64,000 bases of DNA from Candidatus Poribacteria bacterium (GTDB lineage: Bacteria; Poribacteria; WGA-4E; WGA-3G). Shown one piece after another: positions 30,290-39,868 of this stretch (within the stretch, counting starts at the first letter, position 1; each line of letters begins with the position of its first letter). The notes beneath the pieces were generated by a model. It saw only the letters and a list, made by a program, of their open reading frames with translations. It had not been told where the DNA came from and ran no database searches. The DNA is taken from the NCBI GenBank assembly GCA_965198235.1, contig OZ240248.1, forward strand, positions 3,936,001 through 4,000,000. The letters run 5' to 3'. The position numbers were made by a program, and so were the translations under genes.

Positions 30290-31045
30290 TTAATGCGTGA
30301 GTGCATAGACCACCGCATTGATACCCATCTGCAATGCGATATTTGAATACTCGCGTGGGTAGAAATCCTCAGCGGCATGCTCCCATGCGTCTCCAAGGTC
30401 GGTATTGAAATTGATCATCATCATAAGCCGTCCATTGTCGTCATAAACCCCGCGACAGTATGCGGGATAACCATCGTATCTTTCATACGTTCGTCCACTA
30501 AAAAGTGAGCGGAGCCCAGGAATCTGGACGAGCTTTTCGATTTTGAAGAAGCATCGAAAGATCGGATGCGATATAGGGAGGTCTACCGGCTCTCGTTCTG
30601 GGAAAATCTTCTTGAACTCCGTATGAAACCTTTTCCATTCGCGTTCACCGTGAAAATCGTCGACGAAAATAAAACCGCCGCGTAAGAGATATTCACGTAG
30701 GTTCTTTGCCTCCTTATAGCTTAACCTGAGACTTCCGACCTCCAACATGTAGGCAAACGGATATTCAAACAACTCCGTCGCACCAACTTCAATAATCTTT
30801 TCACGCAGATCGGCATCAATATTCGTTTGTTTGCGGAGTTGCCAGATAAAATTCCGGTCGGAGGCGGGCCAATCCACTCGCCAACTACTGCGTCTGGTGA
30901 GTTGACCACCATATCTTAGACGGACGAAGGTGAATCTGTCTGAATCACCCTCCGAATTCGGAAGGATAACAGATAAGGACATCACGATGAAAATAGCTAA
31001 CAACTGGATGGTTCGCATTTTTTTCGACTTAAAGGTAGGTTTCAA
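30290..31045 (-). CDS. DUF4159 domain protein (secreted)
   Basis: FTFVRLRY, DWPASD, LFEYPF, LREYLLRGGFIFVDDF, NTDLGDAWE, MGINAVVYALTH. Confidence 0.82.
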   Translation of the reverse strand: MKPTFKSKKMRTIQLLAIFIVMSLSVILPNSEGDSDRFTFVRLRYGGQLTRRSSWRVDWPASDRNFIWQLRKQTNIDADLREKIIEVGATELFEYPFAYMLEVGSLRLSYKEAKNLREYLLRGGFIFVDDFHGEREWKRFHTEFKKIFPEREPVDLPISHPIFRCFFKIEKLVQIPGLRSLFSGRTYERYDGYPAYCRGVYDDNGRLMMMINFNTDLGDAWEHAAEDFYPREYSNIALQMGINAVVYALTH

Positions 31046-31164
31046 GGTCTGGGTAAAATTTATTCCGGTTCTCTGAGCAAGAGTGTACCACAGAAGATGA
31101 ATTTAGTATACTCTTAAACCGGATTCAGATGCAAAGGGAAATTCAAATGAAAGTAAGAAATAGA

Positions 31165-33687
31165 TTAAAAACTTTTGGACCAAACTGTCGTAACGTGGAT
31201 ACCTTTGCCAGATTCAAAGGCTCTTGCGATATTGAGTCGGAAAATAGACCCATCTTCCCCAAGTTGTAAACCGATGCCGATATTTCCTTTGGGATCGAAG
31301 GTATATGCCGGACCAGATACATTCCAGACCTGCCCCTCATCAAAGAAAACAATCGCAAATGCGTTTTTGAAAAAACTCCAACTGGATAGATTGGATAAAC
31401 GATAGTGGTATTCGACATTGAGTAGGAACCCCCGATCACCGGCAAACGCGTATGGAGAAGACGTATGCCCGCTTTTGTAGGTTACTAAACCTTCAGATTC
31501 ACTTTCCGGTCTATACCAAGGATACCCTCTGAGTCCTTCTATCCCATCAATGACAAATTGGCGTTGAATTGGCAGCGTTGAGTCGGAAAACCCAAACAGA
31601 AATCGAGTTCGGATTCGGTTATTCTGTAGTCGGAAAGCATACCGAAGGTGCAACAGCAATCGTGTAAAATCGAAATCGGAGCCCACGGCGGCGTTACTGT
31701 GTTCAATAAACAGGGTATTGTGCCATCCCAAGGAATTTGTTCGAGTCCTAAAATCGTATTGGAAGGTGAGGCTTCGCATCTGACCGGGGATTATGGGTGG
31801 ATTTTCTCTGACCCGGAGGTTCGATTTCCAATTGGCGACAAACCAATCCGTGCTTTTCTGCAGACTCGCGTGGGATTCTGTAACCATCGCCAATTTGAAC
31901 GAGTAGGTCGGCATAACCGGTGACCATCGCAATGCGAGCTCAGCCCCTTGTCGCAAATAATAATTTTGAAAGTCTGGTATCCCAACAACACGCTGAGTAA
32001 TAGCACTATTATCATTGTAGTTCGGAAACATTTCAGGGGCGACAGCATCTGTCAATCGATGAATTTGTGCTGTGAGTCCGAGATTCCAGATGTAGGGTTT
32101 TCCCCAATTCGCTGTCCCACCCATCCGGTAATGGACATGTGGATTACCGAACGCATAACTCACCTTCCCAAAGAACTTTGAAGTTTGGTCGCTCGCTGAA
32201 TTTCTGAGGCTCCACGCCCAAAGGGGTCCGATATCCTTTCGTTTCCCGAGTTCAAAACCGGTGCCGATTTCCCATCCTGTCACTCGATTAAATCCGAGGC
32301 GTAGCGGTGGGTTAAGACCCAGATAAGCATTAGAAAGCGGTTTCTCATCAACAGTAATCGTCGCGATGTATTTGGAATTTTCCTCATCTACCTGTAGGTT
32401 TACCTCCTCAAAATAAGGCATCGCTTTATACAGGGTTTTCAGTGCTTGTTCAAGATCTTCAGAACCGTTTTCAAGTGTCTGTTGAATTTGTGCTTCCGAT
32501 ACCTTTTGATTCCCTTGGATGCGTATTTTGTGGATAGGGACATCCCCCGCCAAAAATCGTGTGCCTACGGCTGGAATTTGAGCGTCTAACTTTTGTGAGA
32601 CCAACTTGTCAAAAAATGATTTGTGGACTTGGTCACCGCGGGAACCAGAAATCTTCAGAGATTTCAACACTGACAGTGTTCGGGTAACGGGAATATCTTC
32701 CACAGTAATTATCGCAACGCTTTTAGCATTCTCTTCTTCGACGCGTAGAGATGCCTTTTTAGAACTATTGAGCAGGACACTTGTAAGAATAGGCATGACC
32801 TCAACGATGTCGCCAGATCCATTTTCAAGGACTTTCACAATGTTGGAACTATCAATTCCATTGACCCCTTGGATTTGAATGTCGTGAATTCGTTTACCAT
32901 CAAAAGCCCAATTCCATGACTTTACCGATTCTTGGGTTTCTTGTAACGATGGGGCTTCTTCAGCAGTATCGGTTGTAACGGGAGGTGCTGGCGTTGGCTT
33001 GGCAATTTCACGCGTTGGGGGCGGTGAAGGGGGCGCGATTTCCAGATCGCGAGGTTTGAGCGACATCAGTTCAGGAATCTCAATACCGAGTTGATGGAGA
33101 TTTAGTAGCAATTCGCCGAGTTGCTTTTTCGGGATTTCGCCAACGATATTTATTAGATACACATCATCGCCACTTTTAACAATAACGAAGACTCCTTGAA
33201 TAGTCTCATTGACTTGGAGGGTATAGAGATGCAAATTGTCTTTTTCGAGATCGCCTTGAGGGGGTTGTCCTAATGTGTTCCAGCCGCGCGCTTTCAGGTT
33301 TTCTCCGTAATATTGAACAACTTCCTTAAGATTGACAGACCGACCTCGATAACTGCGGAGATGTAAGTTGTCTATGTTGTTAAACAGCGGTGCAATATTG
33401 GAAGTAGGCTCCTCCATCACGAGTGCAATGACACGTTTGTCTAAATCAAACTGGAATTCAGATGATGGTAGATTTGGAGAATCAAAGGCGACAGTGCCGT
33501 TATTGGACTGTGATTGCACTGTAGGAGTAATGAGAAGCAGAAATGCTATCAATGCTTTTGTAATAGTATGGTTAAACCTAAAAATATGTAGATAGTTGTT
33601 CAGCGACCAACCCATCGCCGCTGGCGAGGTTTGTAACCTCGCCACTCTCAATGTCCAAATAATTGTGGGTTTTACTATATATCTCAT
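31165..33687 (-). CDS. Omp85/BamA-TamA-like outer-membrane protein with N-terminal DUF4252-like and POTRA-like domains
   Basis: IHDIQIQG and IHKIRIQGNQKVSE POTRA starts, FNRVTG, LPIQRQF..GLRGY lid motif, FFDEGQVW, terminal Phe. Confidence 0.75.
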   Translation of the reverse strand: MRYIVKPTIIWTLRVARLQTSPAAMGWSLNNYLHIFRFNHTITKALIAFLLLITPTVQSQSNNGTVAFDSPNLPSSEFQFDLDKRVIALVMEEPTSNIAPLFNNIDNLHLRSYRGRSVNLKEVVQYYGENLKARGWNTLGQPPQGDLEKDNLHLYTLQVNETIQGVFVIVKSGDDVYLINIVGEIPKKQLGELLLNLHQLGIEIPELMSLKPRDLEIAPPSPPPTREIAKPTPAPPVTTDTAEEAPSLQETQESVKSWNWAFDGKRIHDIQIQGVNGIDSSNIVKVLENGSGDIVEVMPILTSVLLNSSKKASLRVEEENAKSVAIITVEDIPVTRTLSVLKSLKISGSRGDQVHKSFFDKLVSQKLDAQIPAVGTRFLAGDVPIHKIRIQGNQKVSEAQIQQTLENGSEDLEQALKTLYKAMPYFEEVNLQVDEENSKYIATITVDEKPLSNAYLGLNPPLRLGFNRVTGWEIGTGFELGKRKDIGPLWAWSLRNSASDQTSKFFGKVSYAFGNPHVHYRMGGTANWGKPYIWNLGLTAQIHRLTDAVAPEMFPNYNDNSAITQRVVGIPDFQNYYLRQGAELALRWSPVMPTYSFKLAMVTESHASLQKSTDWFVANWKSNLRVRENPPIIPGQMRSLTFQYDFRTRTNSLGWHNTLFIEHSNAAVGSDFDFTRLLLHLRYAFRLQNNRIRTRFLFGFSDSTLPIQRQFVIDGIEGLRGYPWYRPESESEGLVTYKSGHTSSPYAFAGDRGFLLNVEYHYRLSNLSSWSFFKNAFAIVFFDEGQVWNVSGPAYTFDPKGNIGIGLQLGEDGSIFRLNIARAFESGKGIHVTTVWSKSF

Positions 33688-33699
33688 CCAATATCCTCT

Positions 33700-34887
33700 T
33701 TACTGATTACTTTCGATGTTCTTCAGGCGTTGTTGTAGTTTCTTCAATGCCTCTGGAATGCGAGGTTTGCCGGGGCGATAGATAACCTCGGGTGGCACAA
33801 TCATTCCAAGTATATATTCCTCCACGCTCCATTCCCATGTGGGGATTGTTATTGAAATGGAACGCCTCGTCTCAGAATAAGGCTCTTTCGGGGGTTGATA
33901 GTACCACTGTAGTGCGATAGAGTGTCGAGGTCCCTGGAAATAGTGAATCTCAATGGGATACATACCTGTTGAGAGTGTTATACTTCCCCGTTCCCCCTTC
34001 CCCGAGTGAATTCCATCGTTATCCACGACGAGCGTTCCATCGATATATAATTTTGCCCCGTCATCTGAGTAAAGTCCGAAGTGGTACAATCCCGGTGTGT
34101 CAATCTCTAATTCCCCTCGGAAGCGAATGGCAAAATCCTCAACAATAAATTGCATTTCTGGTGTCGGAAATCCCTCGGTGTAGTCTCGTTTAGAGACATC
34201 TAAGTTTGGTGTGACAAAGGTATAGACGGGGATCAAAAGATCGAAATCCGGCATCCGGTGGATTGGACCGCCGGGGACGTAGACTTGCCCAATTAATCCG
34301 TGTCCTGGCATCACATTTGTGTCAAAGATACCCAGTCCTGCATCTATACTATCAAGGGGTGCGAGTTCGACATCCGATGCCCCAGTCCCTTTTGCAAAGT
34401 GTTTTCCGCTCCCATACCCCCCGGTCCCACGTCCCCCGCGTCCAAGTCCACCAACACCGGTTCCCCGCTGTCCCTCAGCGACAACGGGACCTGAGAGTGT
34501 TCCATCCTCACCAAGACTGGCATTGGAGACAGGGCTTGGGGCATCTGATTGTGGAAGATCGGCATGCGTAACGATGTCGGGAATTACATCAGCGTGGACG
34601 GGTGCTTTAGGAACGCTCACCTCTGGCGCATACGTCGGCGCAGCGGGGGAAGAGGGTGATGATTCTGTCTCGTTCACTTGTGGCACCACAGGTGTACGCA
34701 CGGGTAAAACCCGCTGTCTTACTCGCTTCTCGGATTCTGGTTCCAATATCTCAATCGATATGCTCTCTTTCTCTACTGCGAAGTGATTGACGAGAAACGG
34801 TGAGATCACCAACATCAGACAGATATGCAACCCTAAAGATAGTAATAGCGCGCGATTTGTACGTCCTCGCATTTTGTTATTCCTCAT
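33700..34887 (-). CDS. Membrane-anchored PA14 domain protein with Pro/Gly-rich linker
   Basis: SLGLHI TM anchor, Pro-rich and Gly-rich stretches, FAIRFRGEL..GLYHFGLYSDDGAKLYIDG..VVDNDGIH. Confidence 0.85.
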   Translation of the reverse strand: MRNNKMRGRTNRALLLSLGLHICLMLVISPFLVNHFAVEKESISIEILEPESEKRVRQRVLPVRTPVVPQVNETESSPSSPAAPTYAPEVSVPKAPVHADVIPDIVTHADLPQSDAPSPVSNASLGEDGTLSGPVVAEGQRGTGVGGLGRGGRGTGGYGSGKHFAKGTGASDVELAPLDSIDAGLGIFDTNVMPGHGLIGQVYVPGGPIHRMPDFDLLIPVYTFVTPNLDVSKRDYTEGFPTPEMQFIVEDFAIRFRGELEIDTPGLYHFGLYSDDGAKLYIDGTLVVDNDGIHSGKGERGSITLSTGMYPIEIHYFQGPRHSIALQWYYQPPKEPYSETRRSISITIPTWEWSVEEYILGMIVPPEVIYRPGKPRIPEALKKLQQRLKNIESNQ

Positions 34888-34971
34888 GCATTTGGAGCGG
34901 GTGTGTCCACAAAAGAGGCCGGGATTCGGGGATCCCTCCTACAAAGGTCTCCTTTATACTCCTATGATTTA

Positions 34972-35009
34972 GGTGACGTAACTTAGGTGTCAAAAGGTTG
35001 CATTATTTT
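34972..35009 (-). promoter_or_regulatory. Putative ECF-sigma promoter TGCAAC-18 nt-CGTC
   Basis: 33/38 nt identical to 55285-55322, all mismatches in the spacer; about 85 nt upstream of the PA14 gene. Confidence 0.65.
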
Positions 35010-35036
35010 TCAAACTGTCTCAGGTCGTAAACATTC

Positions 35037-35534
35037 TTAGTGCGTGAGTGAATAGATAACGGCATTAATTCCCATTTTGAATGCCATATCCGAATACTTG
35101 TTCCATGCCTGTTTTCCGTGAAAATCGTCGACAAGGATAAAACCACCGCGTAGCAGGTATTCCCGTAAGTTTCTCGCCTCAGCGTCGGTAAATTTCAAAC
35201 GACTGACATCTACCATATAGCCAAACGGATAGTGAAAGAGTTCCTCAGAACCGATATCAATTATCTTTTCCTTTGAACTCACGGCGACATTTGTCTGCTC
35301 GCGGAGTTGCAGGATAAAGTTCCGGTCTGAAGCGGGCCAATCCGTATCCCATTTACCGCGATGCCCCCAGGAACCCCTATATTTCAAGCGGACAAAAGTG
35401 AATACATCAGTCTCCGACTTCTCAACGACAGCCGCCGAAGCGAAATGACCTCCAAAAATGGACAATACTATCAATACTGATACAATATGACACCCAAAAG
35501 ATAGTAAAAAAATACGATTTATGTGTCGGCACAT
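35037..35534 (-). pseudogene. DUF4159 paralogue with an in-frame deletion of about 93 aa
   Basis: VDDFHGKQAW is joined directly to NKYSDMAFKMGINAVIYSLTH; compare the intact copy at 30290. Confidence 0.75.
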
Positions 35535-35644
35535 TTCGTTGTCTCTTGTTACTGTTAGAATTAATTGGACACTTTCAAACAATTCCGAATGCTGTTATCG
35601 TCCACTGGACAGGCACAAACTAACAGTTTATGCTACAAATCTGA

Positions 35645-37597
35645 CTAAAAACTATAAAACCAGAGGACGTTGAATTGCACGCTTTGTTCTGATTCAAAGG
35701 CTTTCGCAACATTAAACCGTAGAAAGGAGTCACTTTCACCGAACTGGAAACCGATGCCGGCATCGCTCTTTGGCTCAAGTGTGGGTGTTTCGTCGGTTAC
35801 ATTCCACGCTTGACCTGCATCAAGGAAAAACACCAGAAAGAGATTAAAAAAATCAAATTGCCTGTTTCTCCAGGTGAACAGTTCCGGTAAAGGGTAGAAA
35901 TATTCGATGTTGAAGAGGTAGCCACGATCCCCTGCAAAAGCATAGAGCGGGTAGCCGTTCAATACCCCTGGTCCACCGATAGTAAATTGGCGTTGAATCG
36001 GTAGAGATGCAGTTGAGAAACTGCCGACCGCGCGAGTCCGTATCTCATATTTACCGAATGCATGTGCATAGCGGAGGTGGAGTTGATAGCGCGTAAAATC
36101 GAAATCCGAGCCGAAGGCGGTCCTGCTATGTTCAAGAAGGAAAGTGTTATGCCAACCGAGGTAACCTGTACCGAGGTGACCTTGGCGGAGGTTAAGATCG
36201 TATGTGAACATGACGCTCCGCATGCGACCGGAAGTTATTGCTGGGTTTTCCCGCGCTTTTGACGTTGAACGCCAATTGAAGAGATGCCAATCTGTGCTTT
36301 TTTCCAGGCTCTTGTGATTTTCAGCAAGAAGCGTCAGCGTAACCAAGTGCCTTGGGGGAATATACTCCATGCGTGGCAGCTTCTGCCATCGGAAGGCTAT
36401 TTCAAAGCCGCGCCTTGAATAGTAGTTGTGTAAGTCTTCGGCACCGAAAATGTGATAGAGCAAACCGAACGGGTCATTGAGAGAATTGTCAACACGATAG
36501 GGAATCACGTTGTCAGGTGTGATATCGGTTGTGCGATGGACCCTGGCATTGATTCCAAACCCATGATACCATTTGTCAGCGTCTGCCTCGGGATTATTAA
36601 GTTGTGTGTACGTTGAAAACGGCAATGTATCTATACCAATTTCGACATCCGTTACTTTATTGCCAAACCCGTAGCCTACATGCCCAAAGATATTTGAGGT
36701 TGGCATGCCATTTGAAAAACGCGCCCTTGCGAAGTCAACCTCAAGAACAGACCCCAGTTTCCAACCTGTGACTCGGTTAAATCTAATCATCGGGTTTGCT
36801 GTAAAGGAACCAGAAGATCGTGATGAAGAACGTTCCTTTACAGTAATCACGGCGGTATGCCTGCCATTCTCTTCCTTAACACTCGACTCGACTTTCTCTA
36901 ATTTAGAACCCATTTTTTTTCGCAGCACTTCCACCGCTTTATTGATGTCCTCGTCACCTGCTCTAAGCGTTTCCAGAATCTCCGCCCGATCAATTTTCTG
37001 ATTGCCTTTAATCTGAATTTCATAAATTGGGGAACCATCGGCAAGTCGGAATCCTGTCGGTGAAGATAAAGATCGTTTATCAATCTCTAACGCGAGAAGC
37101 GATTCCAATTCGGGGATCTCAATGCCGAGTTTACCGAGATCCGTTAGGAACTGACCCATCTGTTCTAAAGGGACGCTGCCAACGATGTTTAGCAGATAAA
37201 TTTCCTCATCGCCTTTTACGACTGCAAAGATGCCCGTGAAAGTGTTATCTGCCTGTGGACTTTGCAGAGCGGCTCCGTTCAGGACATAGAGTTGAACCCT
37301 ATCATCTTCCTGTATGCCGTGCCAGTTTTTCGCTTTCAAGTTCTCGCTGTAATACTGAACGAGTGTATCATAAATATCTTCTTCATCATCGTAGATTTGG
37401 ATGTAAAGAGCGTCCACCGTATTGAAGGGTGCCGACGTAACGGCGAGCGTGATTAGTTCACGGGTGAAGTGGAATTGAAACTTGGCATTTGATATATCAG
37501 GACAATCGAAAGCGATTATGCCGTCTGGCGTTTCAGCGGACGTTCGCGGGGATACTATTAGCAGTAGTAAGACTATGATAAAAATATTATATTTCAT
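35645..37597 (-). CDS. Omp85/BamA-TamA-like outer-membrane protein, paralogue of 31165-33687
   Basis: Signal peptide, same N-domain (FQFHF..YYSENLKAKNW..LGIEIPEL), one POTRA (IYEIQIKGNQKI), FNRVTG, LPIQRQF..LNGY, terminal WFYSF. Confidence 0.78.
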   Translation of the reverse strand: MKYNIFIIVLLLLIVSPRTSAETPDGIIAFDCPDISNAKFQFHFTRELITLAVTSAPFNTVDALYIQIYDDEEDIYDTLVQYYSENLKAKNWHGIQEDDRVQLYVLNGAALQSPQADNTFTGIFAVVKGDEEIYLLNIVGSVPLEQMGQFLTDLGKLGIEIPELESLLALEIDKRSLSSPTGFRLADGSPIYEIQIKGNQKIDRAEILETLRAGDEDINKAVEVLRKKMGSKLEKVESSVKEENGRHTAVITVKERSSSRSSGSFTANPMIRFNRVTGWKLGSVLEVDFARARFSNGMPTSNIFGHVGYGFGNKVTDVEIGIDTLPFSTYTQLNNPEADADKWYHGFGINARVHRTTDITPDNVIPYRVDNSLNDPFGLLYHIFGAEDLHNYYSRRGFEIAFRWQKLPRMEYIPPRHLVTLTLLAENHKSLEKSTDWHLFNWRSTSKARENPAITSGRMRSVMFTYDLNLRQGHLGTGYLGWHNTFLLEHSRTAFGSDFDFTRYQLHLRYAHAFGKYEIRTRAVGSFSTASLPIQRQFTIGGPGVLNGYPLYAFAGDRGYLFNIEYFYPLPELFTWRNRQFDFFNLFLVFFLDAGQAWNVTDETPTLEPKSDAGIGFQFGESDSFLRFNVAKAFESEQSVQFNVLWFYSF

Positions 37598-37641
37598 ATC
37601 TGTTTTCCGGGCATATATGGTTTTCGAGGGTTGTAAAGGCT

Positions 37642-37670
37642 ATTATAATAACTTAAGGTTCGATTGTCAA
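37642..37670 (-). promoter_or_regulatory. Consensus sigma70 promoter
   Basis: Minus strand TTGACA-17 nt-TATAAT, about 45 nt upstream of ATG 37597. Confidence 0.78.
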
Positions 37671-37725
37671 ATTTCGTATGAAAGATTTAACGGTGCGTTT
37701 ACAAAGTACGTTTACAGAGTAGAAA

Positions 37726-37750
37726 AGGCGTGCTTGGGAAGCACGCCTAC
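37726..37750. repeat. GTAG-type REP palindrome
   Basis: AGGCGTGCTT-GGG-AAGCACGCCT-AC (GTAGG on the minus strand). Confidence 0.65.
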
Positions 37751-37772
37751 GGTAGGTATAGTTGAATCAACA

Positions 37773-38249
37773 CTAAAACGATTTATCAAGGTTGAAACGT
37801 AGGACACCACGATTAGCAGTCCCGACATACAGTATGTTACCATCAACGGCGAAAGAGATAACAGAACCTGGAATTTCTGGCGTTGCCTGTTTCCACATAT
37901 TGGAACCCTCTTTCAATAGATACACGCGTTGGTCGGTCTGTCCATATACCGTTGTGCCTTCCACTGTTAATCGGGAGACGACGAGCGTTCTACCTTCAGC
38001 ATCGGTTGCGGCGTGCCAGTGCGTGCCGTCGCTCGAATACGTAACACCTTTAAACGAGAGCAAGGTTCAGTGTCATGTCGGCTTCCGCCCCAGGGACCCC
38101 ATCCGTTATGACAATCCTGACCGGCTGCCCTTTTGGGTGCGCCCCGATCAAAGTCCATGTCTCACCATCATCTGTAGAAGTCAACATCTCCCCAGTGGTA
38201 GCGATGTAGAGCGTCCCGTCTCGCTCTACCATTTGTTGTTCGCCGCCTA
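37773..38249 (-). pseudogene. Remnant of a beta-propeller gene paralogous to the C-terminal part of the ECF-propeller fusion
   Basis: GTLYI..STDDGETW..LALV and KGVTYSSDG..DAEG..TPEIP..AVDGNILYVGTANRGVLRF align with two distant parts of 51821-54919, joined out of frame near 38050. Confidence 0.78.
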
Positions 38250-39503
38250 TCACTCTGTTCGCAACGCCTCAATTGGCGAGATGTGTGAGGCTCTCACGGC
38301 GGGATAGAGTCCGAAGACGATACCAATGCAGGCTGAAATGCTAACAGAAACTGCCATCCATTGTGGTGAGATCACGACAGGCCACTGCGGAATCACTTTG
38401 ACGATTTTGACGGCGATGTGTGAACAGGCATAGCCGGTGCCTATACCGAGACCGAGACCGAGTAAGCCGCCGATGCCGCACATCACGATCGCTTCAATCA
38501 GAAACTGCAAGAAAATGTCTTGCCGTTTCGCCCCAATAGCTCGACGGATGCCAATCTCACGGGTGCGTTGGTTCACGGAAACGAGCATCATGTTCATAAT
38601 GCCAACGCTCCCGACAAACAGCGAAAACGCGGCAATGCTACTAAGCATAATTTTGATAATGCGACTGATTTTATCAAGTTCCTTGACAGCTGCAGTCGCA
38701 AAGCTAATATCAAAAAAATTGTCTTGGTTCCGATGTCTTTTTCTTAAAACAGTTCTGACTTCCTCAGCGGCTTTCTCAATAGCATCGGCATCGACCGCTC
38801 TGACATTGAGATAATTGACGTGGCGTTTGCCTTTGAATCTATCTTGTGCCGTGGTTAGAGGTATGAACACGATGTCGTCCCAACTGAATCCGTATTGAAG
38901 GCTTGTCCCGCGTTCAGCCATAACGCCGAGGATGCGAAATCGGTCAGGTCTTCCGCCTTGAAGCGAAAGTTTGATTTCTTTGCCAACCGGATTCTGGTTT
39001 CCGAACAGTTCTATTGCGACTTCTCTACCGAGTACGCAGACTTTTCTACGGTTGCTGAATTCATCTTCGGAGAAGAAACGTCCCTGCTGAATCTGCCACT
39101 TCATTCCGGTCGGGAAATGCGAATTAACGCCATTGTATTCCGTCCATTTTGTTGCGCCACTTTCAGCTTGCGCGAGCACTTCATTAGAAATACTCGGAAT
39201 TACACATTCAACAGAAGGGCATTCGGCTTCAATGGCTAAAACATCTGCGTACCTTAAGTGTTCACCGCTACGGTTTGGAAATACGCGGTCGCCGCGCCAG
39301 ATCCACGGATTCCGACGGACGAAAAAATGACCACCAAACTTTTCAAACTCTTGCATGACGATACGCTTCGCGCCATCGCCGATAGCGAGCATTGCGAGGA
39401 CGGCAGCGACACCGATAATGATACCCAGCATTGTGAGTGCCGAACGCATTTTTTCCTGCAAGATGGCAGTGAATCCTGTTGAAAATCCCTCGTATAGTTT
39501 CAA
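38250..39503 (-). CDS. MacB/FtsX-type ABC transporter permease
   Basis: RSALTMLGIIIGVAAV, GIMNMMLVSVNQRTREIGIRRAIGA, GLYPA..PIEALR; TTG start after GGAG. The longer ORF extension runs into the MITE. Confidence 0.9.
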   Translation of the reverse strand: MKLYEGFSTGFTAILQEKMRSALTMLGIIIGVAAVLAMLAIGDGAKRIVMQEFEKFGGHFFVRRNPWIWRGDRVFPNRSGEHLRYADVLAIEAECPSVECVIPSISNEVLAQAESGATKWTEYNGVNSHFPTGMKWQIQQGRFFSEDEFSNRRKVCVLGREVAIELFGNQNPVGKEIKLSLQGGRPDRFRILGVMAERGTSLQYGFSWDDIVFIPLTTAQDRFKGKRHVNYLNVRAVDADAIEKAAEEVRTVLRKRHRNQDNFFDISFATAAVKELDKISRIIKIMLSSIAAFSLFVGSVGIMNMMLVSVNQRTREIGIRRAIGAKRQDIFLQFLIEAIVMCGIGGLLGLGLGIGTGYACSHIAVKIVKVIPQWPVVISPQWMAVSVSISACIGIVFGLYPAVRASHISPIEALRTE

Positions 39504-39534
39504 TTCTCCACTCCTCATCACAATGCACGTTAAA

Positions 39535-39766
39535 TAGGACTTACGCGCTTCCTCTTGAAGTCCCCCTGATAAGGGGCGGGGAATGCCATACGGGGAATGC
39601 CATACGGCATTCATACCGTTGATTCGCATTCATACCCGGGGAAGCCCACATGGGCTTCATACCGTTGATTCTGATTCTTTAGGGGGTTAAATAACTGAAA
39701 TACTCTCACTGCGAGGCATTTTTGGGTGAAATCTATTGCTTCTTTACGCAATTTGCGTAAGTCCTG
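39535..39766. mobile_element. MITE with 12-bp TIRs and 5-bp TTAAA target duplication
   Basis: TAGGACTTACGC (39535-39546) / GCGTAAGTCCTG (39755-39766); TTAAA at 39530-39534 and 39767-39771. Confidence 0.75.
39577..39677. repeat. Three nested copies of a 35-bp hairpin unit (CGGGGAA...TTCATACCGTTGATTC)
   Basis: Full copies at 39591-39625 and 39637-39671; outer copy split into 39577-39590, 39626-39636 and 39672-39677. Confidence 0.85.
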
Positions 39767-39868
39767 TTAAACTTAAAATATCAAATTCGATGAATACATG
39801 CAAGTTGTTTTACTAATAAATTTGCTTTCAAGCTTTTCAGCGATAGTTTGATTTGGAACGGCACGTTT

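Noticed and set aside
39504-39629. N-terminal extension of the MacB-type permease ORF
   Set aside because: It is read-through of the MITE and the nested units; an RBS and family-typical start lie at 39503
39577-39677. 35-bp units as CRISPR repeats
   Set aside because: Copies are nested inside one another and the intervening pieces are fragments of the same unit, not unique spacers
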